From assembly GCF_964213995.1 (NCBI RefSeq), contig NW_027590147.1, positions 992,001 to 1,056,000 on the forward strand: DNA of 64,000 nucleotides, written 5' to 3'. Below, one piece after another: positions 26,483 through 38,843 of the stretch (position 1 is its first letter; every line of letters starts with the position of its first letter). Made by a program: the position numbers and the translations under genes. The DNA is from Mustelus asterias. Lineage: Eukaryota. The notes under the pieces were generated by a model. That model made no database searches, was not told where the DNA came from, and saw only the letters and a program-made list of their open reading frames with translations.

Positions 26483-27258
26483 TAGTGTTACGGGGATTTT
26501 TTCCGAACTGTAGAGTCATAGACTCGGGGAGAAGGAAGCAGAACCACAACCGACCTCTCCTCATCAATTTTCTCACTTCTCACTTAGCGTTTCCTTCCCA
26601 ATTGAAAGTAAAGAATATGCTGTTCTCCTGACCGCTGTAACTCAGGCATTGCCATTATTCAAATGATATGAACTCTTTTTAAAAATTATTAATTGGGCGT
26701 CGGTGACAAGACAATATTTCTGTCCATCACCTTTTGTCCTCGAACCGGGCTGGGATATTTGAGAATTCGTTATATTGTTGTTATTCTGCAATCGCACACA
26801 TTCCAGGCCTCGCTAGGATGGCATATTTCCTTCCACAAAGTGCATTAGTGAACTAGGTGGATTTGCAGTGAAAGCGTTCCAGCACCATCAATGCGACTAG
26901 CTTTCAATATCAATTCATCACATTTAAATTTAACCTTGACTTTTCTAAATTTAAATTTTGACCATTTTTCTCCAAAGTCGAATTGAAATATAACGATTTG
27001 ATATGGTGGGAATTGAACTAATTTTCCCAAAGCATTATTCTGGGCCCTTGAACTACTTGTCCAGTGACCCCCATGTTGATAATAATTAATAAGAAAAAGC
27101 GCAAGTTCTTAAAGTTGACTCTTCCCAGTACATTATATCAGAATGGGATCACAACCACACAGTGCATCGGGTTGTCTCTGAGTGGACCTTTGAAGAAACG
27201 GCAATGTCACAATTAGCTGCACCATGACAATTTCCTATCCTAACCCTGCTGATTTCAG

Positions 27259-27380
27259 ACAGTAAGAAGTCTCACAACACCAGGTTAAAGTCCAGCAGGT
27301 TTATTTGGTAGCAAATACCATAAGCTTTCGGAGCACAGCTCCTTCGTCAGATGGAGTGGATATCTGTTCTCCAACAGTGC
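27259..27380 (-). mobile_element. Penelope-like repeat with hammerhead-like core
   Basis: Minus strand ccatCTGACGAaggagctgtgctccGAAAgcTTAtgg. Confidence 0.65.
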
Positions 27381-28102
27381 ATGGCCAGCTTTCAGGACAG
27401 CACCCACAGTACACGCTTTACATTATCTCAGGAATAATATACAGGCAACGAGACTTCATTGATTGATTTCTCTGTACCTTCAGTAAAACAAAGAAGATTG
27501 CATGGTATTCACAGCCCATCCACCGATATCTCAACATTCGAACATAAAAATTAGGCTGCCTGCAAATCTGCTCTAACATTCAGTCAGATTACAGTTCATC
27601 TGATTTTCCGTTTAAATCCACTTTTCTGCCTTGATCTTCTTGAACCGTGGCATACATTTTCGTTAAAATGTTGGTTTCACTCAGTTTTAAAATTATTCAC
27701 TGGCCCACAGCCTCCACCGTTCTCTGGACTCTCACTGAGTCTCAGGCACTAATGCTTGGATGCTAAAATTAAGAGAATGTGCACAGAACATTGATTGGAA
27801 ATCCACCAAATCCATCAACACTCCTTGCTCCTCCGTTCCAATAACAAAATGAAGGTTTTTTTCTTGACATCCCGTTTCCAAAGCGGAACAATTCGCCCAA
27901 CAGTGACACCGAATGTAGTACAGGTCGGGGAGCTTCTATTCACTGATAGTCATCTGAACAGTTACCAATCTCAGGGTGCCACTGGCGAGACACGGAACTG
28001 ACGCATGAGCCTCTGAGAAATGTCGTCAGATTATTAAGGGTGGGGATTTAGAATGGGTGTCTTCAAATAACCAATTCCGCTTTCACAGAGCGGACAGAGA
28101 CA

Positions 28103-28561
28103 ATGAAGATACTCGTCATTTGGATTGTGTGGGGGGCATTTCTAACAGGTATTTCTGGGCATCACGTTAGTTTTCTCATTTCCAAAACTTGGGTGGAATC
28201 TTACTGTTGATTACACATCACTCTTTTCTTTATCTATGTGAACATATTTTCCAGGTCTGAGCCATGGAGATTCTGTCACTCAGCCGCTGTCCTCACATGT
28301 TAAGCCAGAAGGAGACGTGGTGACATTAAACTGCAACTATGATACTGCAGAAACCATCTATAATTTATACTGGTACCGACAGCATCCAGACTCCCAGCCC
28401 GAGTACATTCTGAGAAAGCCCTCGGGGGGTAATGAATATAAAGCAGATTTTGCTAAAATCCGTTTCTCGGCTGACCTCCAAACCTCGAAGAAATCCATCA
28501 GTTTGACTATCTCGGATCTGCAGTTGTCTGACGCGGCCGTGTATTACTGCGCTTTCAGCCT
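28103..28561 (+). CDS. TCR alpha/delta V segment, intact (leader exon 28103-28148, V exon 28255-28561)
   Basis: Leader MKILVIWIVWGAFLT, phase-1 GT..AG intron, DSVTQ..LNC..LYWYRQ..DAAVYYCAFS. Confidence 0.93.
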
Positions 28562-28600
28562 CACAGTGATGGAAAGCAGTCTGACTCCTGTACAAAAACT
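28562..28600 (+). other. 23-RSS
   Basis: CACAGTG + 23 nt + ACAAAAACT. Confidence 0.95.
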
Positions 28601-29796
28601 GTCTCAGCAAGATAAGTCAGAGCTCCTCGCTGCTGTATAGAAGTTCTGGCAGATGCAGCCACAATGAGCAGCGGCGCTGTCAGCCGCTCAAACACAAACC
28701 GACAGGAAACCACATTCACCTCGGATCAACTGTCACCCAACTGTTTCCAGGAGAGGCCGAGAAAATAAACTGCAGAACCGTTTTAGGCCGACAAGTCCAT
28801 CACATAATGAATGTGTCAATTAAATCGTCCCTTCTGCTGCTAATCAACTCTGTATTCCTCTAAAATCAGACCTGGGTGATAAAATCCCAAACATCCGTCA
28901 ACCATGGCCGTGAAGCGCCACACACACAGCAGACGGACAGTTCTCCATGTTTGTGTGACGTCCTCTGATCCCGAAGTCCCTATTTGTCCTTTCCTTATTT
29001 TTCCGTGCCTGCTAACCATATTGAACACCACTCGCTCCATCTCCCTTTTCAGTTTCTGTGGGCCTTTGAGGGTGAGCTGTTCATAGCGTTTATTTGATCA
29101 ATATTGCTACATTCCAGACAGCTTGCACACCCTGAACACATTTCATAAAGTTGTGACTTTGATTTCTCAAACAAATCCGAGCAGCCAATTTCCACATCTC
29201 CCTGACTGTCTCCACCTGATACCAGGGTAGCATTAAACTTCTTATCATATCTGGCTTGTTCACCTGTTTGTCGCTGCTCCGTGATTCTGTAAATCAGATG
29301 AATATTTGAATACTGTTTGGGAAACATTGTGAAATTCAATTGAATGATCAAAGTCAATGAGTTCTGAAATCTGTTCATTTTTCATAAACTGTTTCTGACC
29401 CAACAACACACTCTGATCAAATAAAACCAGAGAACTGGTCTCGGGCCAAAGGCTCCAGAAATCTAAAAGGGGAGATGAGGAAGAGTTGTTTAATGTTACA
29501 GAGAGGCACGGAAACAGCTTCAAAACACGAAGTCAACGAAATAGATCAAATAGATTTATAACGGCGAGTTTAATTATGTACGCGAGTTAAAACCAACTAA
29601 TACAATTCCGCAAGTGTCCCTCACCTCTTCTTGTGGGAAGTTATATTTTGTTCTTTTCGGAAGATTCCTGTGACTCCCAGTGAGTTTAATTCTTGTCCCT
29701 ATTTATCGGTGTGACAGCGTCATCCTCTGGCCACCAACTGGAACTCCCATTCTGGGGAGTTTCGTCTCCTGGATCCGCTCTATGTATCTATGTGTC

Positions 29797-30139
29797 TCCA
29801 TCGCACGGAAATACACGGCACTATTCGACAGAAGATATAAAGGAACTGTTTTGTTTCCCTTCAGCAAATCTGCAGAGAACCTCGGCTTGGGGACCTTTCT
29901 TCACCCCCTAAGCTATATTTCTTCAGCAAATATCTCGGAGCTTCCCCGGAAGACTGCATGTACCAGAGGAGAGCTGGGGTAGTGTAGATTATCAAGTAAC
30001 GGCAGTCCAGTCCACACTGTCCTTCCCGAATTGTCAATTCGAAATGAGCCTGGAACACTGAAGTTTTGCCACTCATTCATGTCACACAAATACAGATTAG
30101 CTCAAAAGTCAGGGTTCAAAAATAACCACTGGATGACAT
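29797..30139 (-). pseudogene. TCR V pseudogene with contiguous leader
   Basis: MSSSGYF*TLTFELICICVT*MSGKTSVFQ..LLWYMQSSGEAPRYLLKK..(frameshift)RFSADLLKGNKTVPL..SAVYFRAME; degenerate RSS cacatag..acgaaact. Confidence 0.75.
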
Positions 30140-31137
30140 GGTTAACATTTAATAATGGACCCGCCGGGCAGCAAGATCATTATAATCAGTAAGGAGCATG
30201 GAGAACACATGGTTTCCGTGTATACATCTCGATACAAAGTAACAAAATGCTCTAATTTGGCCGGTGATTCCAATCCAGTGTAAAGGGTAGCCCCTGTTAT
30301 AATCTGGTTTTATTTTTTGAGAAACTGAGGGGCATTTCCCTGAGACAGGATTGGCTACTCTGCCGGAACTGATGGATATTCCCCGCCAATAAATGAGAGC
30401 TGTGAAGAATCGCATTTTCTGGTTCCTTCTGTGTCTTATGCGACTTTCCTCATAACTCTGTCTCATTGCTTCCGTCTCTCTGTTATACCAACCTCTCATT
30501 TTTTGTAAACCTCCTTATCGCTATCAAATGACTGGAAATTAATTCAAATAATTCAAAGGGTGACAACAGAGTTTGACAAACTCGACAAACAAAGCTACCC
30601 GAAACCACCAGCAGGTGGCGTGACTTACCGTCGTTGCGGTGTTTTCACATTGCTACCTGACAATCAATGTGCCCTTTCTATTTGTCTCATTTAATGAATC
30701 CGTCATTAGTAGAGACCATGAGATTGGCGGTGTAAATAAGAAGCAGATAGCTAAAGTTAGCGACATACATTTAAAGTCACGTGTGTTCTCTGCTCTTGGA
30801 TTGGTTGGAAATGGATAATGTTCACCAGATTTAAGCAGTGATCCTTCCTTGTTGATCAGCCCCACTACTCGCCATCAGCAGTTGCTGAAGCGATTCATTC
30901 CGCTGCTGTCTGCACCCGGGCAAAGACGGTGAAAGCAAAAGTAGTGGAGCAGACCATGGCTGCATTTCGCGTTTTATCGACAGTCATCCAATGGAGCAGC
31001 ACCACCTTACCTTCACTGCTCACATCCGCACAAGGAAGTGTGTAATCCACCAAGGGAATCCTGCAAATCCAAAACATTTGCAGATCGTGCGATGGGCCCT
31101 TCAACCCATCGTGTGTGCTTGGCTGTCATTAATTGGT

Positions 31138-31460
31138 ACAGTGGTGTCACAGTGGTTAGCACTGCTGCCTCATAATTCCAGGAATCCGGGTTCAGTTCCA
31201 GGCTACGTGGAGTTTGCAGATGCTCCCAGTGTCTGTGTGGGGTGCCCCTTTTCCTCCGACAGTTCAAGGATGTGCAGGTTAGATGCATTTAGCATGCCAA
31301 CATGTCAAAAATTTGTGGGTTAGAATAAATAGTCGCGATAAATCTGTGGTGTTACGGTGATGGAGCAGGGGAGAGGAACAGGAAAATATACTCTGTCGGA
31401 GAGTCGCTGCAGACTCGAAGGGTCTGATGGCCTCCTTTTGCACTGTATGGATTCGAAGAC
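31138..31460 (+). mobile_element. HE1-type SINE
   Basis: cacagtggttagcactgctgcctca head; atggcctccttttgcactgt tail. Confidence 0.7.
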
Positions 31461-32590
31461 AATTATTGATCTTTTCATCAACTGCATTCCCTAAACTCCA
31501 TATTCCTTATGCAAACGTAATTGGAGCAGCGCTGGTAAGCTTACTTCCAGCAATGTAACTCAAACAGACATGAGAGTTTCTTTATTGAATTTTCAGTCAT
31601 CTACCTGAATCACTCAAACATTCTGGTTCACAGTGTACCATTCAGGATACCTGTCACTGTATCAAGTGGTTAGCTGATTTCCGTCAAACACTTACTCATC
31701 TCGAACCTCTTAATGAGGAAGGATGATCTGTATTGCTGAAAGTTCCCCTCCAGTTATTTCTCGGATCTGATCTGCTTTCTTCCCGACTACAAGATACAAT
31801 AGCAAATCTTCCCTTGTTGGTGTTTCTTCCAACATTTCGGATTATACAAGCATCTAAAACCAATCGTAGAAGCTATTCGGTTACCTCCTTTACCGACTTC
31901 TTGCATATAATTAATACGAGACAATATAAATCTCCATTACTATTGTTGCATAATTTGTCTGCATATTTCTTCCACTATCTTCCTTCCCGGTGCAGAGACA
32001 TGGTGAGGGACACAATAAGTTCAGAGATAGGGTTGTCGAGGTGAAGAGCTATAGAGTGACACGAAGATGTACAGATTCCGAAAGATACTGAGAAAGAAAC
32101 TCCTGATATTGAGTTTGATGTAACGGTTAAAATGCACTCAGTGTAAACGTTTGCATCCCATCTTCTGATTCTGATTCGCACGCTGTCTCTCAAAGGCAAT
32201 AAAGAAAGACTTCCATTTATATACTGCCGTTCATGACATCAGGACTTCACAAAGAGCTTTACACCCAAAGAAGTCTTCGAATATAGAAGACGTGGCAGTT
32301 AATGGGCGCGCTTCAAACTCCACAAAGAACAAAGTGATAATCAGGTCATCGATTTTAGTGATATAGATTGGAGGGCTGATGGAAAGTGACATCTGTCAGA
32401 AAACCTGTCATTCTGTCATCTAAGTTGCCATTTCCGCTCTTCGGTCGCACAGATATACATTCAAGTTTTCATTTCAGGTTTTGGCTCATTTAGTTCCACT
32501 GTTGAGGTGTCGGGTGGGTGATGCAGGCTTTATAAACCTATTACTAAGGGTCCAAAGCTGTGTTGCTGCTGTGTTCTGCATTCTGATATT

Positions 32591-32940
32591 ATGCATCATT
32601 TTCTCTTTTTGACATCGATATTCATTCTTCTCATTCAGGCCAGTGAGGAAATGGAGGCAGTGTTTCAGGATCCACCGAGTATCAGAGTGAGTTACGGAGA
32701 CAGTGTGAAGCTAAACTGCAATTATTCGACATCACATACTTCTGCTTTCTTCTGGTATATTCAGCACCCAGAGAAACACCCTCAATATCTATTGGAAAAA
32801 AGGAGCACTGGAAAAAATGTGACTGCCTTTGGGAAGCGGCTGCTTTATGCTACTTTAGATAACACAGCAAGAACTGTTCCTTTAAGCATTCACTGTGCGC
32901 AGTTCTCTGACAGTGCGATGTATTCCTGTGTACTGGGACA
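32591..32940 (+). CDS. TCR alpha-like V segment with leader and V in one exon; open frame but aberrant RSS
   Basis: MHHFLFLTSIFILLIQA contiguous with AVFQDPP..LNCNY..FFWYIQ..DSAMYSCVLG; TATAAA at 32531. Confidence 0.85.
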
Positions 32941-32984
32941 CACAGCGTTACCAGGTCAGGTCAGTAGAGACCCGTACAAAAAAT
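32941..32984 (+). other. RSS with 28-bp spacer (23 plus a 5-bp duplication)
   Basis: CACAGCG + ttaccaggtcaggtcagtagagacccgt + ACAAAAAAT. Confidence 0.8.
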
Positions 32985-33377
32985 GTTCCTTCTTTCTAAT
33001 ATGACGTTTTGACTCCACACAAGTTGTGATATTTTGCAACTGCCGCAGCAATGTGATGTACATTCTATTAACTACATTCGACAGTTAAATTTGTCTGTAT
33101 GTGGTTCACTATCTCGTCGGTTGGGCTTTCTCCACCTGCTCAGACTCTTTTCGCAAATCTCTTTATGTGGTTCCCGCATGCCTGACTGTGAGGTTTGTCA
33201 TTCTCTCTCTCTCGCTCGCTCCCACAATCTCAGTTTTCTTTTCTCACATTCCCGTTTTTATCGCCCCATCAGACGCATTGCACTCGGTCTCATCTCCAGT
33301 TGATATGCAATGGTATTAATTATCTCCGAGTATTATCTTCCTCTGGGTTGGCATTGAACAGAAACTGAGCTGGATTA

Positions 33378-33461
33378 TTGTGTGTTTGTGTGCGTGCGCG
33401 TGCGCGTGTGCGTGCGTGCGTGTGTGTGTGTGTGTCTGTCTGTCTGTCTGTGCGTGTGTGT
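33378..33461. repeat. Compound (TG)n/(TGCG)n/(TGTC)n microsatellite
   Basis: Directly visible. Confidence 0.95.
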
Positions 33462-36400
33462 CCCTATTTCTCTTTCTATTCTTTCTGTCTATCGTTTTCT
33501 ATAGTTCTGCCTCTCTATTTTCACTGTTGTTCTCTCAGCTGGACTTATGTCGTGCTCAACGGTTTGCAACTGTAACAGAATTAATTTTCTCTTAACCACA
33601 CCCACTGATCCAATACGTTAGTGCCTAACGGTATTAGATTGCAGTTTACTGGATCAATATTTCTCCTGAATTCGGTGACACGGTTTCTGAACCAGTTTTT
33701 ATTTTATATTGTCCCACAACCGTTCTATTGGTAACATCAATTTCTGATACTATGATCACTATTGCTGAGATTTTCTACTTCATCCACCTCCTTCCACATG
33801 GAATACAATCACAGAATCATTGCAGCACATCCAAGCTTTCGGCCCTTCCATTCCAGGCTCGCTCCTTGCAATAACAATTTACCTATATTCACTAGCCGAC
33901 AGTTCCTAATAACTGTGGAATTTCATTTCATTCAGCTGTTAATGCTATTGCTCTTTGAAAACCATGTGCTCATCGGTCTTTGCCACCAATTAATTTAACT
34001 GTAGACTTAAATCTACCATCCTGCCTGCGCCCCGTATCCTTTGACTCAGTTGTAGATCAGAAACATGTCCAATTCAGCATTCGATCTTTGGAAGGCCACA
34101 AAAAAACATCTAAGAGAAGAAATTCCTCCTAATCTCTGCTAAATTGGAGGCCTCTTATTTTGAAATTGTGCCACGAGTTCTCCTTTCTCCAATCTCCACA
34201 TCTATGTTGTCAAACACGCTGAGAAAAGGTTATGTTTCCAAATGATGGTCTCTCATTCATCTATATTCCAGTGTATGTCGGCACTTCTAACTTAACATAT
34301 TGCTATAATTCAAGCAAATGTTCTCTGGAAATAACGTGGTGAATCTTCCCCGAACAGCTTCCATGCACGTATAACCCTTCTTAATTCAGGACAAGAAAAT
34401 TGTGTTGAGCGATGATTTCACCAACACTCTGTATATTCAGAACATTTTGTTTGCCTTCCTAAATATGTACCGTATCTGCAATGCTAACATGTTGCGATTT
34501 ATGTACATATGTACTTCGGTAACGTGCAGTCTGTAGTCCATCCCAAAATAGTCTTATTTTCTATTCAAACCAGTAATCTGAACAATTTCATTTTTGCCCC
34601 ATTTGCCTCAGGGACAAATGTCAACGTAACCTAATTTTTGGTGATAAACAATTGTTGCTCCCCCAAAGTTCAGTGCTAGTATCACTGTTCTGCACTATAT
34701 ATGTTCCGTGTTCTTGTCATATTCATTGAAATTTCTAAATATTTCGAATTGTGTCACAGATTGAGAATTGTACCTTTCAGCTGCAAACGGACCGGTGCAG
34801 ACTAGCAGAATTGGTAAATGAGTGAAAACTGGAATTTAAGGTGATGCATCTTGACAAAAGGCGTTAACGAGGGCTGATATATGTCAATGCATGGAAGGGG
34901 TTCCAATGAAGGAGGTGGCTTTGCCCTAGATCATGCCACGTTTCATCTTTGTTATTCCAAATGTCGTCCTCAGTTGACTGTGTGCATTCGTTTTCTTCTT
35001 TGTCCACTATCCAGGAGCGGAACTCCCTCTGCACATTCATTTTGTTTTACTTTTATGCCTTTGTTCCATTTCCTAAAGGATAAATCCTTCAGATTGGCAC
35101 AAGGGTTTTCAACACGAGGAGCCAGGAAACAAACCAGAACTGGGAAAAATTTAGATTAGGAATAAACTTATTAAAACAAAAGAAAATTGGGTAATATAAA
35201 TTTAAAAAAGGAAATTTATGAGGACAGCTGAAAGAAGGGGCTATTGATAAGTGAACTAACATGCCAGTCAGAAAAGCAAGGGTTTACATATATGATTGGG
35301 GGAATACAATCAGGTTTGGAAGAGGTAACTTCAATGTGATCGTTCAGGGAATTGGAACTTATATGCTCTAGATGCTCATACAGTTGTATAATATTGGTTG
35401 TTGTTTGGCAATAAGGGGCATGTTAGATTTCAGGAAAAGTTCGTTGTTGGGAAAAAAGGGGTTACTTCATGTTATCGTGCGTATTTATAGCCACTAGTGT
35501 AGTTACGTGCACTGTATTGGTGTTTTATCGTCATGCTTGTCATGTGCTTTTCTTTTTATGTTGATAAATGTTCTTTATTAAATGATCACAACAAGACTTG
35601 ACTGTTCCTCCCGGGTTTGCATATCGTACTAAATGGACACCAAATTGAAATATAAACCATTAAGCACCAGTGTTCCAAGTTACTTTTCTAGGTTCTGGGA
35701 TACCCTCGTATTTAATATTAGCAGGGTACATAACAGATGTGCATTAGAGGCAGAGAATGTGTGAGAATTGCGAAGATTAAGAAGCCACTTGGTTGAAACC
35801 TTGAAGATCCTGAGGGCTGTGACCGGCTGATTTTCTTCCTGATGGCCTGAATGTGTGGAACATTTTCTCAAAGAAAGAGTACCTGCATTTAAACTAGTTC
35901 AATGATTCATGCAAGGACAAATAATCGAATAATGTTTCTCACTGATCTATTTTAGCATTTCACTTCTGACCTCTGAAGACCTTCAAACCGACGAGGTCAC
36001 TTGATACTATCCTTTTTGTATCCGGAGGCAGGAACTGCGAGAGAGACCGGGTGAAAATTGAATAGTATGTGTATAGAGTGTCTGGATTCAGATCATGAGA
36101 AGTTCTCAGTGACATGTTTCAACTCCTGTTTGAAGTTGACAGCGTGAATACTCAGAAGCTATTCTCCATCCAGATAGTGTGAAGGATGAGAGTTTCAGAT
36201 TAATGAAGAAGGACTGGGATGATGAGAAATAGCTGCTCTCAAATTGTTGATAATTTTGGTTTTCACGATGAGATCGCTGTGGTTATTCAATTGTTGAACA
36301 TGTTCAGGGTTGATGTTGATGGATTTTGGGGCACTGAGTGGTTTAAGGGATAAAGGAAGGGACAGAGCAGATTTATTGTTTCATGAAGAAGATTGGTCCC

Positions 36401-36759
36401 TAACATGTCAAATGACAGCACTGATTGGAGGAGCCGAGTGGCCTCTCTTCGGCCGATTCTTATGTTCTTAAGAGGAAATCTCTAAGGAAGGATGGAGACA
36501 GAATGAAAGGGACTGGTCACATCAGCCTGGTGACCAGAAAGCAGCTGCCTTCTTTACATGTGATACAACTGTCTTCAATTGACACCTCAGTGGAATAAAA
36601 GGGATACACGAAGTAGGTTTCTTACAGAGCTGCCAAAGACCAATTTCACCCCACAAGTCAAGGCGAAAAATTCAGTGATTAAAAAGATACATTTCGATTC
36701 GTAATTTAAACCAAACCTTTTGGATTTTCTACTTTACTATGCTTACAATGAGACTGCCA

Positions 36760-38843
36760 ATATATTTTGCTGCTTATTTCAACGCTTTTCTGACTTTCCT
36801 CTACGTCACTGCATGAATACACGTGTTAGCGCAACAGCTCAGCAGCTGTAGCATGTTTCCACTTTCCTGGCGAACGAATTTTGGGTCATTGAAATTGCAT
36901 CCTCCGAAATAATCTTCATTTGTAATTTTCACAGAGAGGAAATCCACAACGTATGTCATCCACAACAGAATGAAACTTCCCGAGATGGCGAAGAGTAAAA
37001 CAACAGATTTCTTCCTGTTCTTCATTTCTGGATCACTCTGATTATCTGCACTGCTGTGAGCCCGGAGTCGACGGCGGGATCTACTGGCCGCCAGGATGTG
37101 TCTGACGGTCAGTACATTAAACAACAAAATCGGAAGGAATGGCAGAATGGGATTTAATATACGTGCAAACCAGTCATTGGCTGTCCATGAGAAGGAAGTG
37201 AAGAACCTTGACTTTATAATTACAAAACCATGGCACATTGTTCATTATACAGAGCGGTCCATACATAAAATACCAGGGAATACTTTTTATATAACTCAAT
37301 GAACAGACCATTCCAATCACCACAGCTGCAGTTTTCACGGTGCAATAGTTTGCTTGCAGTTTCTGGCAGCAAATGGCTACATAACGATCAAAGGTGAAAA
37401 CGACGGTTAACCAGGCAGAACTCTCCGTGGCGGCATAGATTATCACAGTACTCAGAGTACAGGCTGGAGTCAACGACATAAAACTTATTGGAAAATAAAT
37501 GTCAATAATCCGGATGAATATCAAGCGGTGACAACCACAAAGAGATCTGTCACTGCCATGGAAACCAGATACCGAGTGATGCATTTGGAGAGTCCACACC
37601 TTCCTCGGAAGAGGATCACAATAGCCATCAAGTTAACTGAGAGCAAAAGCAAAATTAATTCAACAAATTCCAAGCACACACATGGGTGTGGCGGTTTTTT
37701 TGTGACATTTTTGCCGGTTTATCTTCGTTATGGAAGACAGCTATTGCTGGCTTTTCAAGGTCAATTATATTTCAAAAAGAGCTACAAGGGCAGACTCCAT
37801 TAATGTCGCAAATTTAACGCAAAGTGTGTCTCAAGTCGCTTCACAGGAAAGCAATGCAGCAACATTTGACACCTAATAACATGAGGCGATATTAAGTTAA
37901 ATGCTGAATAACTTGACAATGAGATACACTTAAGGAAACTATGTCATGAGCAGAGTGAGCAAGAAAGGCAATGTGGCACAAGGCGGGAATTGCAAATTTT
38001 AGGACCGAAAGGCTGAAGATCTCCGGGTTGCATGTAAAATTCGGCATTCAAGCTTTGGACCATGTAATAGATAAGCAGAACAGCCTGTAAATATGGTTGC
38101 CATATTAGTTACATCTGTGTGGTTAAAATGTATAATGTGATAAGGATTCGGTTTGGCTTGTTACGATTCCACGGGAATATTTTCAGTAAGTATGATGTGT
38201 CAAATTAACACAATTTAAGGAGCATCAGATGTGTTTTAATCAGAAATCCCGCTTGCTGGGAAAATACATTTCCAATATGTTGAGCAATGACACTAATTGT
38301 TCCGTAATGAGAAGTGAAAAAAAGGATATATATTGTCTGGAGTTTCGAAGAGTGAAGGCGATCCCGTTGAAACAAATAAAATTCTCAAGAGGCTTGACAG
38401 AGTAAATACTGGGAGGTTGTGCCCGCTGATTTTGGAATCATGACCAAAGTTTGTATTGCTGGAAATGTTTTCTCACGTTAACCCCTGTAGCTGAATGCCC
38501 AGGAACTATAGGTTACAAAGATATGAAAAACCTCACCTCGGTATACATATGCTGGCAAGAACAGCCACAGAGTATTGAATGTGTCAGAGACTTAACGAGT
38601 AAGGCTTAAGTTTAAATAAAATACATATTTAAGTGATGGAAAGACAAGCTATCACTGTGCAAATAAGGTTTTAGAAGATATCTGGAAACAATAATGTCAT
38701 GTTCTTTATTACCATAATCAACACTAACTTAATAACTCAATGATGCGTCAAGTTCATGATTTAGTATCACGACTTACCCAGAACTCCAATGGCTGCAATA
38801 TGTGGATAGTAAATGGCATAAACTACACTAGATATTCATGCAT
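36760..38843 (-). pseudogene. GPR139-like class A GPCR pseudogene (exon 1 38778-about 38843, exon 2 from 37636)
   Basis: IYYPHIAAIGVL|VNLMAIVILFRGRCGLSKCITRYLVSMAVTDL..FTFDRYVAICCQKL..LLFAISGSFILLW..LQLLSCCANTCIH; frameshifts near 37530 and 37210, premature stop at 36801. Confidence 0.85.

Noticed and set aside
29049-29378. Possible V remnant (LPWYQ in one frame)
   Set aside because: No cysteines in V spacing, no YYC, no RSS
30149-32199. Unassigned ORFs at 30149-30499 and 31733-32199
   Set aside because: No recognisable domain, splice structure or RSS
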